NCBI GenBank assembly: GCA_965242725.1 | Contig: CBDESZ010000013.1 | Coordinates: 1-64,000, forward strand | Direction: 5' to 3' | DNA length: 64,000 nucleotides | Source of the DNA: Alkalispirochaeta sp. | Lineage (GTDB): Bacteria > Spirochaetota > Spirochaetia > DSM-27196 > Alkalispirochaetaceae | In this document: positions 30,869 to 41,400 of the stretch, in pieces | Layout: each line of letters opens with the position of its first letter | How positions within the stretch are numbered: position 1 is the first letter of the stretch | Position numbers and translations under genes: made by a program | The notes under the pieces: model-generated | What the model was told of the DNA's origin: nothing | Databases searched by the model: none | What the model saw: only the letters and a program-made list of their open reading frames with translations

Positions 30869-31874
30869 CGAAGACCGGCGGACGGGTCATGACCTCAAGC
30901 TCTATGGTCCCGTCCAGGTCGCCTACAAGAGCCTGAAGGATCATCACCCCCGTACCGGCGGTAAGATCTGCGAGTGATGTGATCTCCGGGTCAAAGTTGT
31001 CACCCGAGTCGTAGTAGCGTACCTCAATAACGTCACCGTTCCGGTGGAGCTGCACGTAGATGTCGGTAGTGCCTTCACAGAGGGCGTATTTCAGGGTGTT
31101 GGTCGTCAGTTCCGCCAGCATCAACCCCAGCTTTGTGGCCACCTTTGTGGAGACGGTGAGGTGCTCCGCGTCGAGATGGAGAATGTAGGTACAGTCCTGG
31201 TTGTTTCCACCCTTCACGAGGGAGTCCAGCAACTCCTTCAGGTATTTGTCGATGAGGACCGTTGCGTAACTCTTTGTCTCGTACAACGTCTCGTGAACCT
31301 GTCCGATGGCGCTGATTCTGCTGATAATATCGGCAATGGCGTCTTCCTTGCCTTTGGATTCGGCGTAGAGCTCCACCCGTGCCAGCGCCTCCACGCTGGC
31401 GAGGTTGTTCTTTATACGGTGATTCATTTCCACAAGGAGCGTCTCCAGCTCGTCTTCCCGCTCCTTTGACTCGGTGACGTCCTGAATGATCACCAGGATA
31501 TACCGTTCCGACGGTATTTCCGTTATGGGTACCAGTCTCTGATTGAACAATCGGGGCGAGTTCAGCGGCAGTGTTCCGCCGTCCTCTTCCGCCACGATTC
31601 CGTCTTTGGCGCGAAAATAGCGCTCCTGGGTAGAACGGTACTCCTTTTTGTTGCGAAGAAGACTGGCAAGGACCTCCCTCCCCGGGCCGTCGGGAAAGAG
31701 CTCAAAGTAGCTCGCGCCGACGATCTCGGACAGGGGGCGTTCAAGAAATACGCCCATCGCCCGGTTTACGAGGCGGACGCGGAAAGATTCGTCCAGAATT
31801 GCAAGATTGGTCGGTGAGTGGTGGAACGCGGTCTGTAGCAAATGGTATTCCGAAACATTCATCGAAAAACTCAC
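30846..31874 (-). CDS. Cytoplasmic PAS sensor histidine kinase, HisKA_2 family
   Basis: N-terminal PAS, EMNHRIKNNL, ELTTNTLKYA. Confidence 0.85.
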   Translation of the reverse strand: MSFSMNVSEYHLLQTAFHHSPTNLAILDESFRVRLVNRAMGVFLERPLSEIVGASYFELFPDGPGREVLASLLRNKKEYRSTQERYFRAKDGIVAEEDGGTLPLNSPRLFNQRLVPITEIPSERYILVIIQDVTESKEREDELETLLVEMNHRIKNNLASVEALARVELYAESKGKEDAIADIISRISAIGQVHETLYETKSYATVLIDKYLKELLDSLVKGGNNQDCTYILHLDAEHLTVSTKVATKLGLMLAELTTNTLKYALCEGTTDIYVQLHRNGDVIEVRYYDSGDNFDPEITSLADLTAGTGVMILQALVGDLDGTIELEVMTRPPVFVIRFPHR

Positions 31875-31914
31875 AATTCGCCCAGCATTATAGCAGAAAA
31901 AGTTGAGAAAATGA

Positions 31915-32859
31915 CTACCCGCGTCGTTTTCTGCCCCGGATCGTGGCGGAGAGAGAGATGATCACCAGGGAGAGTGCGATGAGGACGATGCCGGCCACGC
32001 CCCTTGGAGGCACCCGTTCACCAAGGAGCAGAACGCCGAAGAGCGATGCCGTCGCCGGCTCGGCGAGAGATATGGTCCCCGCCGTCGCACCGTCCACACT
32101 CCGCAGTCCCTTGGAAAAGAAGATGTACGCCATCGTCGTCGGTATCACGCCGAGGTACAGGACGGTACCGATACCGTGGACCGACCACATCCATCCCAGG
32201 GGACGCAACAGAACGAGGGGCAGCACAAATACTGATGCGACGAGAAAGAGGCGGGCCATCACCATTTCCGGCGGGTGATAGCGCACCAGCCATCTGATGG
32301 CGATCGTCTGACCGGCATAGCTTGCGCCGGCGGTGAGGGCGAGCCAGAGCCCTGCCGGATCCACCTCATGCCTGCCGTCCGAGAGGGAGAGGAGAACGAT
32401 TCCGATGATGGATAGGAAGGTGGCCAGATACCAGACACGCTTTATCGGCTCCCTGAGGATGAGGCGGGCAAAGAAGCCGGCAAAGATCGGTGTCGTCCCG
32501 ATTGCGGTGATCGTTGCCACAACGACACCGGTCAGGGCCACCGCGGAAAAGAAGGAAAGCTGAAATGAGGCCACCAGTGCCGCGCCGAGTATAACCCCCG
32601 GCAGAGACCACGATGCATCGCTCCGCTGCCGGAAGGTTCGCGACCACAGTGAAATGAGAACACCTCCGATCATGATACGGAACGGCCCGACGACGAGGGG
32701 ATCGATACCCTCCGGTCCGAGGGTCTGCACCGTACCGGTCGTACCCCAGAGGAGTGAGGTGATCAGTATGTACAGGACGCCCCTTCCTTCACTCTGTACA
32801 TGGGGCGTTTGTGTATGGTGTGTGTGCCGTGGTTGTATATGTCGTTCCTGCCCCGTCAT
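31915..32859 (-). CDS. EamA/DMT family transporter
   Basis: About 10 TM in two repeats; LWGTTG, SLAEPATA; ATGA overlap with the upstream mrpD-like gene. Confidence 0.88.
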   Translation of the reverse strand: MTGQERHIQPRHTHHTQTPHVQSEGRGVLYILITSLLWGTTGTVQTLGPEGIDPLVVGPFRIMIGGVLISLWSRTFRQRSDASWSLPGVILGAALVASFQLSFFSAVALTGVVVATITAIGTTPIFAGFFARLILREPIKRVWYLATFLSIIGIVLLSLSDGRHEVDPAGLWLALTAGASYAGQTIAIRWLVRYHPPEMVMARLFLVASVFVLPLVLLRPLGWMWSVHGIGTVLYLGVIPTTMAYIFFSKGLRSVDGATAGTISLAEPATASLFGVLLLGERVPPRGVAGIVLIALSLVIISLSATIRGRKRRG

Positions 32860-34580
32860 CGGTACGCAACTCCGGCAAAAACGCCCAGACCGATGACAAA
32901 CATGATCAGCACCATCCTGAGGTCGGGGGTGAGGGCGTGCAGCCTGTGGGCGAGCGCTTTTGCCCGTCTGGTCACCACGACGCGGTAGACAACGTACCCG
33001 AGGACCACCGTCTGTCCCGCTTCCACCAGTTTACCCGTTGAGAAGATCGACTCCGGTACTGCGGCGGCGGCCGGGAGGGGGGCAGCCGGAGGCGCGGCGG
33101 CCAGCAACTCGCTCCCGTTGATGAGCTCCGCGAGGAATCGGATTGCCTGTCGACCGAAGACGCCGGAAAGCACACAGAGAAGCGCCAGCACCACCACAGG
33201 CAGATGGACGGCGGGACCCGGACGGTGGTGATGTGAGCCGGCACCACGCTCCGGCCCGGGAGCGACGATACGGCCGAGCTTCAGGAAGGACGCCACCGTT
33301 CCGACGGATGCCACCGAAAGCAGGACTGCGACAACGGAGGCTCCGTACCGCCCTGGTACTCCTTCATAGGCGTGATAGAGGGCGGCTCCTACCATCTGCT
33401 TACCCGCAAATCCGTTGAACGGCGGAATACCCGCTATTGACGCGGCACCGACGACAAAGACGATCGCCAGGAGGGGAGATCGCCGTCCTATGGGGTTCAT
33501 GGTATAGAGGTTTCGATCATTGTTCATATGAATCGCGCTTCCCACCACCAGAAAGAGGAGACTCTTGAAAAAAGCGTGGTTCATGGCGTGAAAAAATGCC
33601 GCCGGTATGGAGAGCAGGGACAGCGCACCGAAAGCGGCGAGGACGTATCCCATTTGCGAGATTGAGTGATACGCAAGCAGGCGCTTGGCGTCGCTCTGGG
33701 CAAGGGCCCAGATGACGGCGGTGACCGCCGTAATTCCCCCCACCCACATCAGCAGGGGCATCAAATAGTTGGCCTGGAATATGCCGAGGAGCCGTACCAT
33801 TGCAAAAAAGGAGATCTTTATGAGCACGCCGGAAAGTACGGCGCTGACGGGATGGGGAGCGTAGGCGTGCGCCTCGGGAAGCCATGTGTGAAAGGGTATG
33901 AACGCCGTGCGCACGCCGATTCCCACCACCAGGGCAACCACCGCCAGGCGGATCGTCACGGAATCGCCGGCGCGACCGGCGGCAATGGCCTCTTCCATTT
34001 GCGCCAGGGACAGGGACCCGAAGTCGCGATAGAGCAGAAAGACTCCAAACAGAAAGAAGAGAATACCCACTGAGCTCAATATGAGGTATTTCAGGGAGGC
34101 AAGCAGACCTGCGTCGGTCCGGTCGTAGGCGATAAGGACATACGCGGAAAGGGCGATGATTTCAAAACCGACAAACATTGTGAAGACGTCGGCGGTGAGG
34201 ACCACCACACTCATTCCCGAGACGAGCATCATGAAAAAGAAGGAAAAGGAGGGCCCGTATTCGCTATGACTCAATGCGGCAATTCCGGAGGCCATCGCAA
34301 TGACCACCACCAGAGCGGACGACAGCCACGCCAATCCGTCAAGATGCAGAACGATAGCAACCGGGGCGGGCCAGCGACCGACAATGTGATAGATCTCTTC
34401 CCCTCCCCGCACATCGGGAAGCAGCGTGCCGAGTATGACCGCCATGACGACGAGGGGCGCGAGGGCTGCTGCGGAAAAGAGTGTACCCACAACCCTGTTT
34501 CGGGACAGAAGTTTCCCGATCAGTGCGAAGGAGGCGCCGAAAAAAGGAAGAAACAGCAGCAGGGAAATGCTATGTATCAC
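32856..34580 (-). CDS. Mrp/Mbh antiporter-like large subunit (MrpD/MbhH-like)
   Basis: FVGFEI, PFHTWLPEAH, KRLLAYHSISQMG, HAFFKSLLFL, GIPPFNGF; GTG start at 34580. Confidence 0.9.
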   Translation of the reverse strand: MIHSISLLLFLPFFGASFALIGKLLSRNRVVGTLFSAAALAPLVVMAVILGTLLPDVRGGEEIYHIVGRWPAPVAIVLHLDGLAWLSSALVVVIAMASGIAALSHSEYGPSFSFFFMMLVSGMSVVVLTADVFTMFVGFEIIALSAYVLIAYDRTDAGLLASLKYLILSSVGILFFLFGVFLLYRDFGSLSLAQMEEAIAAGRAGDSVTIRLAVVALVVGIGVRTAFIPFHTWLPEAHAYAPHPVSAVLSGVLIKISFFAMVRLLGIFQANYLMPLLMWVGGITAVTAVIWALAQSDAKRLLAYHSISQMGYVLAAFGALSLLSIPAAFFHAMNHAFFKSLLFLVVGSAIHMNNDRNLYTMNPIGRRSPLLAIVFVVGAASIAGIPPFNGFAGKQMVGAALYHAYEGVPGRYGASVVAVLLSVASVGTVASFLKLGRIVAPGPERGAGSHHHRPGPAVHLPVVVLALLCVLSGVFGRQAIRFLAELINGSELLAAAPPAAPLPAAAAVPESIFSTGKLVEAGQTVVLGYVVYRVVVTRRAKALAHRLHALTPDLRMVLIMFVIGLGVFAGVAYR

Positions 34581-34938
34581 GTTTCCACACCATCCGTTCG
34601 ATTTCCCGGGCGTCCAGCGTTCCAAAACGGCGGTACAGCCGGTATACAAGCACGAGAGACATGGCGACGACACAAATGCCCACGACGATGGCCGTCAGCA
34701 TGAGCGCCTGGGGAATCGGATCGACGGGGACGCCGTAGGCACCTCCCGACAGATCACTGCCGATCGGCGCGGTATCTCCCGACAGACTGCCGAAAAAAAT
34801 AAAAAACATGATAATACCGCTGTTGGCGATACTCAGTCCCACGATCTTTTTAATGAGGTTTGTCTCACCAATGACGCCCCACAGACCGACAAGAAAGATC
34901 GCACCGATGAGAAACCACGTAATCTGCTCCATCATCAC
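34570..34938 (-). CDS. mnhC: Mrp subunit C (MnhC/MbhG-like)
   Basis: NLIKKIVGL, DPIPQALMLTAIVVG. Confidence 0.92.
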   Translation of the reverse strand: MMMEQITWFLIGAIFLVGLWGVIGETNLIKKIVGLSIANSGIIMFFIFFGSLSGDTAPIGSDLSGGAYGVPVDPIPQALMLTAIVVGICVVAMSLVLVYRLYRRFGTLDAREIERMVWKRDT

Positions 34939-35291
34939 CGTTCACCAAAGAGATGGAGAGAAATGAGGCTGACGCCGGCGGCAACCTTGAGTCCGATAAG
35001 CATGTTCAGCACAAACATCGACCGGGCAATAACCATCCCCACAACCGCAACAAGGAGAAGGGTATAGCACACCCCCTCCAGCCACGCCATGCGCCGCCTG
35101 GGCGCCACCCCTTCCGCAGCGTCGATATCGCGCCCCATGGCCAGCAAAATGACCCCCGAGGCGATCACCACCCCGCCCTGAAAACCGCCGCCCGGCGACA
35201 CGTCGCCGTAACTGACGAGATAGAGGCCGAAGAGGAACATATACGGCGCGAGTTTCCGGACGACCACATCGAGACTGTCAGTCTTTCTCAT
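34935..35291 (-). CDS. mnhB: Mrp subunit B domain (MnhB/MbhF-like)
   Basis: SPGGGFQGG, IGLKV. Confidence 0.88.
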   Translation of the reverse strand: MRKTDSLDVVVRKLAPYMFLFGLYLVSYGDVSPGGGFQGGVVIASGVILLAMGRDIDAAEGVAPRRRMAWLEGVCYTLLLVAVVGMVIARSMFVLNMLIGLKVAAGVSLISLHLFGER

Positions 35292-35294
35292 CCT

Positions 35295-35561
35295 TCAGTC
35301 ACCTCTCCCCTTTTTATCCACAAGAAAGGTCACCCCCGACACCGCCAGGAGCAGAACCACCGTTTCGCCGAGGGTATCAAAGGCGCGATATTCAAGATAG
35401 ATCGACGTGACGAGATTGGTCGCGCCCGTCTCCTCCGCGCCTCGCTCGATGACGTACTCACGGAGAGGCGTGCTTCGGGGATGGTCACCCATCAGGGCGA
35501 CGACCAGAAATGCCGCCACCACGGCGATCGCACCGAGTTCAATGAGCCGTCGAATCATCAC
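35295..35561 (-). CDS. MbhE-like small subunit (MrpA C-terminal part)
   Basis: GATNLVTSIYLEYRAFDTLGE. Confidence 0.85.
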   Translation of the reverse strand: MMIRRLIELGAIAVVAAFLVVALMGDHPRSTPLREYVIERGAEETGATNLVTSIYLEYRAFDTLGETVVLLLAVSGVTFLVDKKGRGD

Positions 35562-35781
35562 GTTTCCGCGTCTTGAAGACGGCCCATATGAAGACGATCG
35601 TACCGATACCGGTACCCACCGCCGCCTCCGTCAATGCAACGTCGGGCGCTCCCAGAATGAAGAAAAAGAGGCAGCTCACGAGACTGAATACCGAAAGGAG
35701 GATCACGCTTACCAGCAGATCGGAAACGCGCAGGGCGATGATAGCCACCACGAGCATGAGCAGGAGGAGCACATTAGTCAT
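35539..35781 (-). CDS. MbhD-like/DUF4040 small subunit
   Basis: LGAPDVALTEAAVG. Confidence 0.88.
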   Translation of the reverse strand: MTNVLLLLMLVVAIIALRVSDLLVSVILLSVFSLVSCLFFFILGAPDVALTEAAVGTGIGTIVFIWAVFKTRKRDDSTAH

Positions 35782-36112
35782 CGCCGTCCTCCTTCAACCG
35801 TCGGCGGTCCCAGTAACTTCGACGCCACGGCACAACTCCCGCTTCCCAGGCAAAGCGGGCGATGATATGCGCCGCGATGGGGCTGGTGACAAAGAAAAAG
35901 ACGGTAATGACGGCGATCTTGCCGGTCATCGGCGTCAATCCCGAGACGATCATGGTTGCGATAAAAACCGAGAGAACCGATGTGGTGCTTGCCGTGGAAG
36001 AAGCCTGCAGGCGGGTATAGACGTCGGGGAAAATGAGGACCCCGAGATTTCCCATGATGCCGAAGAGCACCCCAAGGACGAGAAAAAAAAGAATCATGCC
36101 GTCTATGACCAT
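35774..36112 (-). CDS. mnhG: Mrp subunit G (MnhG/MbhC-like)
   Basis: FPDVYTRLQA, TSPIAAHIIAR. Confidence 0.9.
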   Translation of the reverse strand: MVIDGMILFFLVLGVLFGIMGNLGVLIFPDVYTRLQASSTASTTSVLSVFIATMIVSGLTPMTGKIAVITVFFFVTSPIAAHIIARFAWEAGVVPWRRSYWDRRRLKEDGDD

Positions 36113-36393
36113 TACGCCTCTCCTGAATCACGACGCGAGAAATAGCGCGCCATCGCCAGTGTTCCGATAAAGCCGAAAATATCGTACACAAGGGCAACAT
36201 CGAGGTAACTGCTCCGTCCCTGTCGGACCGCAATAATCACGAGAATCGCCAGAATCTGGGCGGAGACCATGTTCAGGGCGGTCATGCGGTCGGCAACGGT
36301 GGGCCCGATAAGCACCCGCACCAGACTGACGACGATCGATCCGATGAGAAACCAGACCATGTAGAGCAGGGCACGACCGACAAGGACGCTCAT
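36112..36393 (-). CDS. mnhF: Mrp subunit F (MnhF/MbhB-like)
   Basis: GPTVADR, YLDVALVY, FIGTLAMARY. Confidence 0.9.
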   Translation of the reverse strand: MSVLVGRALLYMVWFLIGSIVVSLVRVLIGPTVADRMTALNMVSAQILAILVIIAVRQGRSSYLDVALVYDIFGFIGTLAMARYFSRRDSGEA

Positions 36394-36902
36394 ATCCAGA
36401 CCCGCTTCAGCAGCGACTCAAACCGACCCGCTATGAGGGACGACGCATATTTCGAGTGGGTGGTGCGGGAGTCGAGCCAGTGGACGATCAGGTGATCATC
36501 GTCAATGAGAAGGGTGATCGTGCCGGGAGTAAGGGTGATGGAGTTGCCGAGGGTCACCCGGGCGATATCACTTCTCAGACGGGTACGGAAATGGACCACC
36601 CCCGGATTGATACGCCCACGGACGATATTCCACAGAACCTGAAAGCTGGAAACGTACATCTGATAAATGAGAACGACCGTAAAGATGAGAAGGTAATGGG
36701 GCCGCGGCATGTGGGACCGTCTGGCCGCCTCATCCTCTTCAATGAAGAGGCGGAAGGTGATGACGGCGACGATGATGCTGTGCACAAGCCCGATCATGAG
36801 AGACCGGAGAGAGACGTTCCAGGTAAAGAGCACCCATCCGGCAAAGAGGTAGACCGTCGTCAATCCGATTCGAGTCAGATTCCATCGAATCTCACGATTC
36901 AT
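36390..36902 (-). CDS. mnhE: Mrp subunit E (MnhE/MbhA-like)
   Basis: INPGVV, GNSITLTPGT, LIVHWLD. Confidence 0.9.
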   Translation of the reverse strand: MNREIRWNLTRIGLTTVYLFAGWVLFTWNVSLRSLMIGLVHSIIVAVITFRLFIEEDEAARRSHMPRPHYLLIFTVVLIYQMYVSSFQVLWNIVRGRINPGVVHFRTRLRSDIARVTLGNSITLTPGTITLLIDDDHLIVHWLDSRTTHSKYASSLIAGRFESLLKRVWI

Positions 36903-36903
36903 C

Positions 36904-37371
36904 TTAACCGCCTTTTGTCTCTCGCCGGGCAAAGAGATCGATTACTTCTTCCGCGGTGGCGGCGTTGAGAAGCCCCGCCTTGAGGGTCTCGTCATGGAGC
37001 AGGCGGGAAAGACGACTCAGGAGGCGCAAATGCTCCGAATGGGCTCCTTCCGGGCCGACCATGAGAAAAAAGAGGTGTACCGGCTTCTTGTCTACAGCGT
37101 CGAATTTGACGCCCTTCCGGTGGCGGCCAAAGGCGATGAGTGTATGGTCAACGGCATCGGAGAGGCAGTGGGGTACGGCGATTCCGCCGCCGATACCGGT
37201 GCTCATCATGGACTCACGTTTTATGACCTGCTCGGTGATGCGTTCCGGGGCATCCGTCTTTCCCGCGTCCGCGAGAAGCGCTACAAGTTCGGCGATGATT
37301 TCCGGTTTCTTCTTACCCTCTATGGCCAGGGACACACATGATGCATCAAGGACTTCACTGATCGCTTCCAT
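36904..37371 (-). CDS. PTS EIIA (Ntr/Fru-Mtl type) domain protein
   Basis: RESMMSTGIGGGIAVPH (phospho-His), HLRLLSRLSR. Confidence 0.92.
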   Translation of the reverse strand: MEAISEVLDASCVSLAIEGKKKPEIIAELVALLADAGKTDAPERITEQVIKRESMMSTGIGGGIAVPHCLSDAVDHTLIAFGRHRKGVKFDAVDKKPVHLFFLMVGPEGAHSEHLRLLSRLSRLLHDETLKAGLLNAATAEEVIDLFARRETKGG

Positions 37372-37715
37372 TATTCATCTCCTCCACCTACGAGTCCAAC
37401 GGCAAAATCGACGGGTACCGTAAAGAGTATTCCCGTTCCCGGAGAAGACAATCCTCCGCATATATCATCGAGAAGGGCATGGAGTCGCTCCACCGCATCA
37501 CCGTCCCTGACGACGGAAAAGATCGTCTTGTTGTACGGCTTGTTTCCCTTCATAAACTCCTTGAAGTCGGCAAAGAGAGGGACTTCGTAGGTGAGAAACC
37601 GCCCCATCCCCTCGGAATCGAGGATAGTTGCTCCCTCGATACCCGCTTCCACATACGCTTCCAGTACCTGTTCCAGGAGTTCCTCCCTGTTGAGGACGAA
37701 TATCACCAGTTTCAT
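37371..37715 (-). CDS. PII-like small protein
   Basis: 114 aa; GATILDSEGMG and PGTGILFTVPV resemble the PII fold; no canonical T-loop Tyr motif. Confidence 0.65.
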   Translation of the reverse strand: MKLVIFVLNREELLEQVLEAYVEAGIEGATILDSEGMGRFLTYEVPLFADFKEFMKGNKPYNKTIFSVVRDGDAVERLHALLDDICGGLSSPGTGILFTVPVDFAVGLVGGGDE

Positions 37716-37839
37716 AGTCCCATACCGCTCTTGGACAAGGAGTATAAAGGGCCTCTCCCGTTGTGCCAACGTTTTTTTGTCGCCCGTACCATTTGCTCAT
37801 TGGGACGCCCTTTTTTATATTCACACGAGGAGGAAGCCT

Positions 37840-38421
37840 GTGGCAGCAACACCATCGATCATGCGGGAACTGGGGGTCAAAGCACCGTCCTTTTCCCTTC
37901 CCGACACATCGGGAACAACGGTATCTCTCGCCGACTATACGGGGCAACCGCTCCTGGTTGTCTTCATATGCAACCACTGTCCCTTTGTCCGGCATATCGG
38001 CAGGGAACTGGGACGGAAGAGTACCGAATTTGCAGGGAGAGGCGTCGGCGTCGTACTCATAAGCTCAAATGATGTCGAGTCCTACCCGGAAGACGCTCCG
38101 GACAGAATGGTCCACTTCAGGGATGAGTTCGGTATCACCGTGCCCTACCTCTACGATGAGAGTCAGCAGGTGGCAAAGGCGTATCAGGCGACGTGTACAC
38201 CCGACTTTTTCCTCTTTGATTCCGACCATCGCCTCGTGTATCGCGGACAGTTTGACGACGCCCGCCCGGGCAACGACAGCCCCGTCACGGGCGCGGACCT
38301 GCAGGATGCGGTTGATGCACTCCTGGACGGCCGTCCAATGCCGAAGGAACAAAAACCGAGCATGGGCTGCGGCATCAAGTGGAAGGAGGGCAACGAGCCG
38401 GCGTTCACGCCGATCGCATAG
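37840..38421 (+). CDS. Thioredoxin-fold/AhpC-TSA family protein
   Basis: FICNHCPFV, ATCTPDFF, YRGQFDD, SMGCGIKW; GAGGAGG RBS before the GTG. Confidence 0.9.
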   Translation: MAATPSIMRELGVKAPSFSLPDTSGTTVSLADYTGQPLLVVFICNHCPFVRHIGRELGRKSTEFAGRGVGVVLISSNDVESYPEDAPDRMVHFRDEFGITVPYLYDESQQVAKAYQATCTPDFFLFDSDHRLVYRGQFDDARPGNDSPVTGADLQDAVDALLDGRPMPKEQKPSMGCGIKWKEGNEPAFTPIA

Positions 38422-38465
38422 GATACCGGGCGCAACGACCGCGCCCGGCGCCCGGCGGGGCTGCC

Positions 38466-41400
38466 TCAGTGAATCGCCGAGGCGCCTTTTTTTCGCTCCA
38501 GCAGTCGATACTTCACACTCAGCATCGCGGGAACGACCACAAGGGTGGTGATCGTCGCAAAGGAGAGGCCGTAAAGCATCGTCCATGCAAAGGCCTTCCA
38601 GAACTCGCTCGATTCGCTGCCTACCACCACATGCAAAGACCGAATGTCAAAACTCACACCCACCGCCATGGGAACGAGGGCGAGAACGGTCGTCAACGCG
38701 GTGAGAATTACCGGTCGGAGACGTACCTTTCCCGCCTCAACGACGGCGGTGCGCCACTCCATCCCTTCCCTGATCATTTTATGGGTGTAGTCGACGAGGA
38801 CGATGCAATTGTTGACCGCCACCCCGGCAAGTGCAATCGATCCGATTCCGGACATGATGATGACGAAGTTCTGCTGTCCTATGGCAAATCCCCACATCAC
38901 GCCGCCGAGACTGAGAAAGACGGCGTACATGATGATAAAGGGATCGATGATCGAGTTGAACTGGGCGACCAGAACGATGAAAATGAGAAAGACCGCGACG
39001 AGAAAGGCCTGCATGAGGAAGGTCGTCGACTCGTTGCGTACATCCAGACCCGCTCCGGTACCGATGGAGTAACCCATCGGCAGGGACGCGCGCAGGAGTT
39101 CCACCTCGGCGTCGATTTCCCTGACAATCTCTTCTCTCCCTTCGACCCCCTCTTCAAAGTTTGCCCAGACACCGACGGCGCGGTCCATATTGCGCCGCTT
39201 GATGACGGAGACGCTTGAGCGCGGCTCGATGGACGCAACGGCGCTGAGGGGAATTCTCCTTCCGTCGTAGGCGACGATGTCGATATTCCGTAATGCGCCG
39301 AGGGAGTTTCGGGCGTCCCTTCGATACTGCAGAACGATGTCGTACTCTTCACCTTCTTTCCTGAAGGTGCCGACGGGAGATCCCGTGATTGCCGTACGCA
39401 CCGTGCGTGCGATGAGGGCGGTATCGATGCCGTAATAGGCTGCCCGCTGGCGGTCGATGAGGACGGCGATCTCGGGCAGACTCGCTTCAAAATCGTCGTT
39501 GACGCCCTTGAAGTTCGCCGCGCGCGGCTCAAGTATTGCCCGGAGGTCCCTGGTAATCTCTCCCATGACGTCATAATCGGGTCCGTGGATTTCATAGGAG
39601 ATATCGTTCCCCGTCGGGGGACCGGAATCGTACTCCTGCACATCGATCACCGCGCCCGTCACCGAGCGCAGCTCCCGCTTCAGGGTGCGTGCCGCTTCCG
39701 CACCGGGGACTTCCCGTTCCATATAGGGGGCAAAGGTGATATCGATCTGTCCGCGATTGCTCGCCGTGTCGCCTTCACCGCGGCCCGCGACGGTTTCATA
39801 GCTTTTCATGGACATAGGTATCGGGCCGAGCCGTTCCTCCACGGATTGGACGATCCCGTCGGTGCGGTCAAGAGGCGTCCCCTGGGGTGCCTCAATGTCG
39901 ATGCGGACGCGTTCCGGGTCGATGTATGGAAAAAAGAGCACCTCCGCCGCGACGAGACCATAGGTTACAAAGCCGGCGACAACGACGAGGGATACGATTC
40001 CCACAGTCTTTACCCCGTGACGGGTCGCCGTTTCCAGAATTCTCACATACCAGCGCTGAATGGCGGGAAAGACGCCGTTGCCGCCCTCCATTTTTCGTCG
40101 TTGACGCTCATTCATCGACAGGAAGCGGGCGCAATAGGCGGGGTTGATCACCAGTGCCACAAAGAGGGACGACGAAAGAACGACAATCACCGTCTTGGGA
40201 AGGTAGCTCATGAAATCGCCCATGATTCCCGGCATGAAAATAATGGGGAAAAAGGCGAGGAGCGTGGTGAGTGTACTTGTCGCTATAGGTCCCGCAACTT
40301 CCCCCGCCCCGTCTACGGCGGCGCGGAAGCGACTCTTACCCATGCCCTGGTGGCGGAATATGTTTTCCACGATGACGATACCATTGTCCACAAGCATTCC
40401 CAGGGCGAGGATGAGGCTGAAAAGGACGATGGTATTGAGGGTGATCCCCAGGAGCTGGAGAATAAAAAAGGACAACAGCATTGAAAGGGGAATGGCCATG
40501 GAGACGAAGATGCTGTTCCGGAAGCCGAGGAAGAACACGGTAACCAGCAGCACAAGGATAAAACCGGTGGCCATATTGTTTTCCAGATCCAACAACATGT
40601 CTCTGATATAGGTACTTTCGTCATAGGAGACGTACACATCCGTTCCCGCCGGAAAGCGTGGTGACAATTCATCCACCGCGTGGTGCGCCGCATCGGCCAG
40701 GTCGAGAATATTTGCGCCGAGACGCTTCTTTACACTCAACGTGATCGCCGGCGCACCGTTCAACCGGGACCGCGTCGCCTCGTCGGCTTCGTCAAAGGCG
40801 ATGCGGGAAATCGAGCTGAGCGGTACTGCGGCACCTTCCGCTCCGTGGACGACCAGACCTTCAAACTGGCTCACCTCGGCAATTTCACCTGAAACGGCGA
40901 CGGAAAAGTTCTTTTCAGGTGTTTCCAGACTCCCGCCGGGTATGGTGATGTGTTCACTGCCGATCGTGTTGGTGACGTCCTGAATGGAAACGCCGTATGA
41001 GGCCATTTTGAAGGGGTCCAGGTCGATTGAAACCTCCCGCTCGACGCTTCCGGCGATATCCACATCCAGCACTCCCGGAAGGCGCTTCAGGGCATCCCGC
41101 ATTTCCCGTGCCGCTGCGTCGATCACCTCCACGCCGTCGTCGTGGGAGAGGATCACCACAAACATCGGCCAGTCGGAGACGCTGAACTCACGAACAAAGG
41201 GATCGTCGGCGCCGTCGGGCAGTTGGGATGATGCGATATCGACCCGGTCCTTGGTTCGCCGGAGCGCCTCTTCGACGGAAACGTCGGAAGAAAACTCCGC
41301 AAAGATGAAGGAGGAGTTCTGGCGGCTTTCGCTTGTCAGCTCCGCCAGCCCGTCCATGCCGTCAAGTTCATTTTCAAGGGGAATGGTGACAAGGGTCTCT

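Noticed and set aside
32790..32850. GT-rich quasi-repeat
   Set aside because: Only the His/Thr-rich N-terminus of the EamA protein read on the other strand; not a regular repeat.
32856..36902. Membrane-bound hydrogenase or complex I
   Set aside because: No NiFe, Fe-S or NuoH-like subunit in the window.
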